From NCBI GenBank assembly GCA_025558095.1, contig JAIVFI010000001.1, positions 186,001 to 250,000 of the forward strand: a stretch of DNA of 64,000 bases. Reading direction: 5' to 3'. A program made the translations under genes and the position numbers. Below the pieces are notes generated by a model, which worked only from the letters and a program-made list of their open reading frames with translations, had not been told where the DNA came from and made no database searches. Of the stretch, positions 61,874 to 64,000 are shown one piece after another. This DNA is from Hyaloraphidium curvatum SAG 235-1 (taxonomy: Eukaryota; Fungi; Monoblepharomycota). Positions within the stretch are counted from its first letter, which is position 1; every line of letters begins with the position of its first letter.

Positions 61874-64000
61874 GTTTGCCCTCAGTGCCGCACGGCCATA
61901 GGGGGGCAGAGATCCAAGCTCTTGAACCACATGTGGAACCTCTTCCTGGAACTTTCCCGCTGCCGGACGGCACGGACCCTTCATCTCCTGGCGGATCGCC
62001 GGAGTTGTCGGATTCCGCGACCGGTGAACCGACGGCGGAGGACCACGTTCATCATTGGCCCTTCGGGGGCACGGAGTACATCCTTCTTCTGCCGGATCCA
62101 CCCGTCGCCACCGATCAAACCATGGACACTCGGCACCCTCAGCACGGCCGCGGTCGGCGGAACCATGTGGGTCCGCGGAGTTGCCAAGATGGACATCCTG
62201 GTCGGGAATCAACACTGCGTCATGGACGTCGCCATCATGGACGGTCTCATGGACGACGTGATCCTCGGCACCCCGTGGCTCTCCGCCCTCCGCGTTCAGA
62301 TGGACTGGGAGACGCCGGTCCTCTACTTCAAGGACGATCCGGAAGGCGTCGTCGTGCCTATGCACATTGTGGCACGGCCGCTCTTCGGATCCCACCTGGT
62401 GGCCCCGCTTCATTCGACCACGGCCATCACCGTCTACCCCAACGAGGACGTCTCGATCACCGCCGAGCTGGCCCCGACGACTCCCCTGGCGACAGTCGTG
62501 GAGATGGACTTGCCCGGAGTCATCGAGACACCGAATACGTCGCCGTTTGATCGCCTCTTCATCATCCCTTCGGCGACGCCAGACATGGACGGCCGGCTCC
62601 CAGTTCTCATCCGTAACTACGGGACGACACCAGTCACGATCGGCCCGGGCACTCACCTCGGACGTTTCCGCGTGCGGATCCCTGGGTTCCTTGCTCCGGA
62701 CCCGCCCACGTATCTGGCTCCCGCGCAGATCTCGATGCTGGAGCCTGAGCTGCCCCACGTGGAGCCGCCCAGCGCAGAACCTACGATCACGGCGGAGGAG
62801 ACCCTCGATCTGTTCGCAGTACCTCCGCCCGGCTCGATCGGACCCCCTCAGCCCGCCGGCGCGGTGCCTCCCCCGGTCGAGGCGCTCGAGCTCAAGCTTG
62901 ACGAGACGATCTTGGGCGAGGAGGACAAGCCTCGGTTTCACAGGCTCTGCGATCGGTATCGGGACGTGTTCGCCCCTTGGATCGGCAAGCTGCGTAGCCA
63001 TCGCTTCCGGATCGACACGGGAGACCTCAAGCCCATTCATCAGATGCCTTACCGAACCCCGTTCCGGCTTCGCGGGGAAATGGACAAGGTCATCGACGAT
63101 CTGCTCGCCCAGGGCGTGGTGGTCCCCTCGCGCAGCCCGTGGGCAACTCCGTGCATCATGGTGCCGAAGGGGCATGGCTCGGGCGAATGGCGCCTGGTGA
63201 TCGACTACCGCAAGCTCAACGCCGCTACCAAACGGGACGTCTATCCTATGAAGAACCCAAGCGACACGCTCGCGCTCCTGAGCACCGCCAAAGTGTGGAG
63301 TGTGTGCGATATTCGCTCCGGATTCTGGCACGTGGAGGTCGCCGACGAGGACAAGGAAAAGACCGCCTTCACGACGCACCGAGGACTCTATCAGTGGGAG
63401 CGTATGGCCATGGGCTTCACCAACGCGCCCGCAACCTTCGCCCGCATCATGGACGAGCTCTTGGCCGGCCTCCAATGGTATTGCCTTGTCGTCTTCATCG
63501 ACGACATCATCATCTTCTCGCAGTCGGTCGACGAGCATCTTGTGCATCTGGAGCTCCTCTTTGATCGCCTGCGCGACGCAGGCATGACTCTGAAACTGGC
63601 CAAATGCAAGTTCTTCCGTAGCGAAGTTAAATACCTCGGGCATTACGTCACCGCCGACGGCCTCAAGGTCGACCCCGAAAAGACCCGCGCGGTGGACCAG
63701 TTCCCCCGCCCAACAACCAAGAAGGAGCTCCAATCATTTCTCGGCCTCGCCAACTACTATCGCCCCTTCATCGCCGGTTACGCCAACATTGCCAGCCCGC
63801 TCACCCGACTGACGCATGATGGCGTCTCGGTCTCTCGGGAGTGGGACGACGCATGCGAGGCCGCCTTCCTTACGCTAAAGGAACGGCTTACGTCGGCGCC
63901 CGTGCTCCGTCGCCCCGACTTTTCCAAGCGCTTCGTCTTGTTCACGGATGCCAGCGATATCGGCCTCGGCGCGGTGCTCAGCCAGCGGGACTCCGATGGC
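61864..64000 (+). CDS. pol: Pol (protease remnant, RT, start of RNase H), truncated by the window end; apparent lesion at about 62080
   Basis: DDVILGTPWL (protease); WRLVIDYRKLN; KTAFTT; MGFTNAPATF; VFIDDIIIFS; FVLFTDASDIGLGAVLSQ. Confidence 0.88.

Larger units (their letters stand above)
45747..64000 (+). mobile_element. Ty3/gypsy LTR retrotransposon whose putative 5' LTR (~45747-45855 plus 59782-59938) is split by two non-LTR insertions; runs off the window
   Basis: Removing the insertions restores a continuous ...CCCTTGGGACGCCCGTCTCCGG... sequence. The segment ends in ...GTCGCA at 59938, followed by a TGG primer-binding site, gag and pol (PR-RT-RNase H order). The left LTR boundary is uncertain (45747 or 45461). 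Confidence 0.7.

Noticed and set aside
63491-63510. RT active site FIDD instead of YxDD
   Set aside because: This variant is common in Ty3/gypsy RTs.
49337-63733. Long antisense ORFs (709, 682 and 740 aa) and similar shadow ORFs across the window
   Set aside because: They mirror real genes, are expected from GC-rich codon bias and carry no motifs.

Overview
GC-rich, gene-dense eukaryotic DNA with many short (mostly 50-75 nt) spliceosomal introns. The gene set looks fungal, probably an early-diverging chytrid/monoblepharid-like lineage (inference). Bases 1-45.3 kb hold about 20 genes: an AT-hook/double HMG-box protein and a partial paralogue, a DsbA/HCCA-isomerase-like protein, an S10 carboxypeptidase, a PanK-DUF89 fusion, GGPP synthase, RBR and Doa10/MARCH6 E3 ligases, a linalool dehydratase/isomerase-like protein, a BTB protein, an M16 peptidase, a tandem trio of unknown paralogues, SPT2, two tandem katG copies, an F-box pseudogene, an MFS transporter and Med13. 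Bases 45.4-64 kb are a nested retroelement locus. Two ~6.95 kb copies of a three-ORF non-LTR retrotransposon (CRE-like RT plus restriction-like endonuclease) appear to have inserted independently at the same 12-bp site (GGGACGCCCGTC). Each has its own 10-bp target-site duplication, and the two are offset by 2 bp. The site lies in what looks like the 5' LTR of a Ty3/gypsy element. The best candidate for a new system is this site-specific LINE that may parasitise an LTR retrotransposon and starts almost directly at its ORF1 ATG. Exon boundaries were inferred by eye, and no database searches were run.
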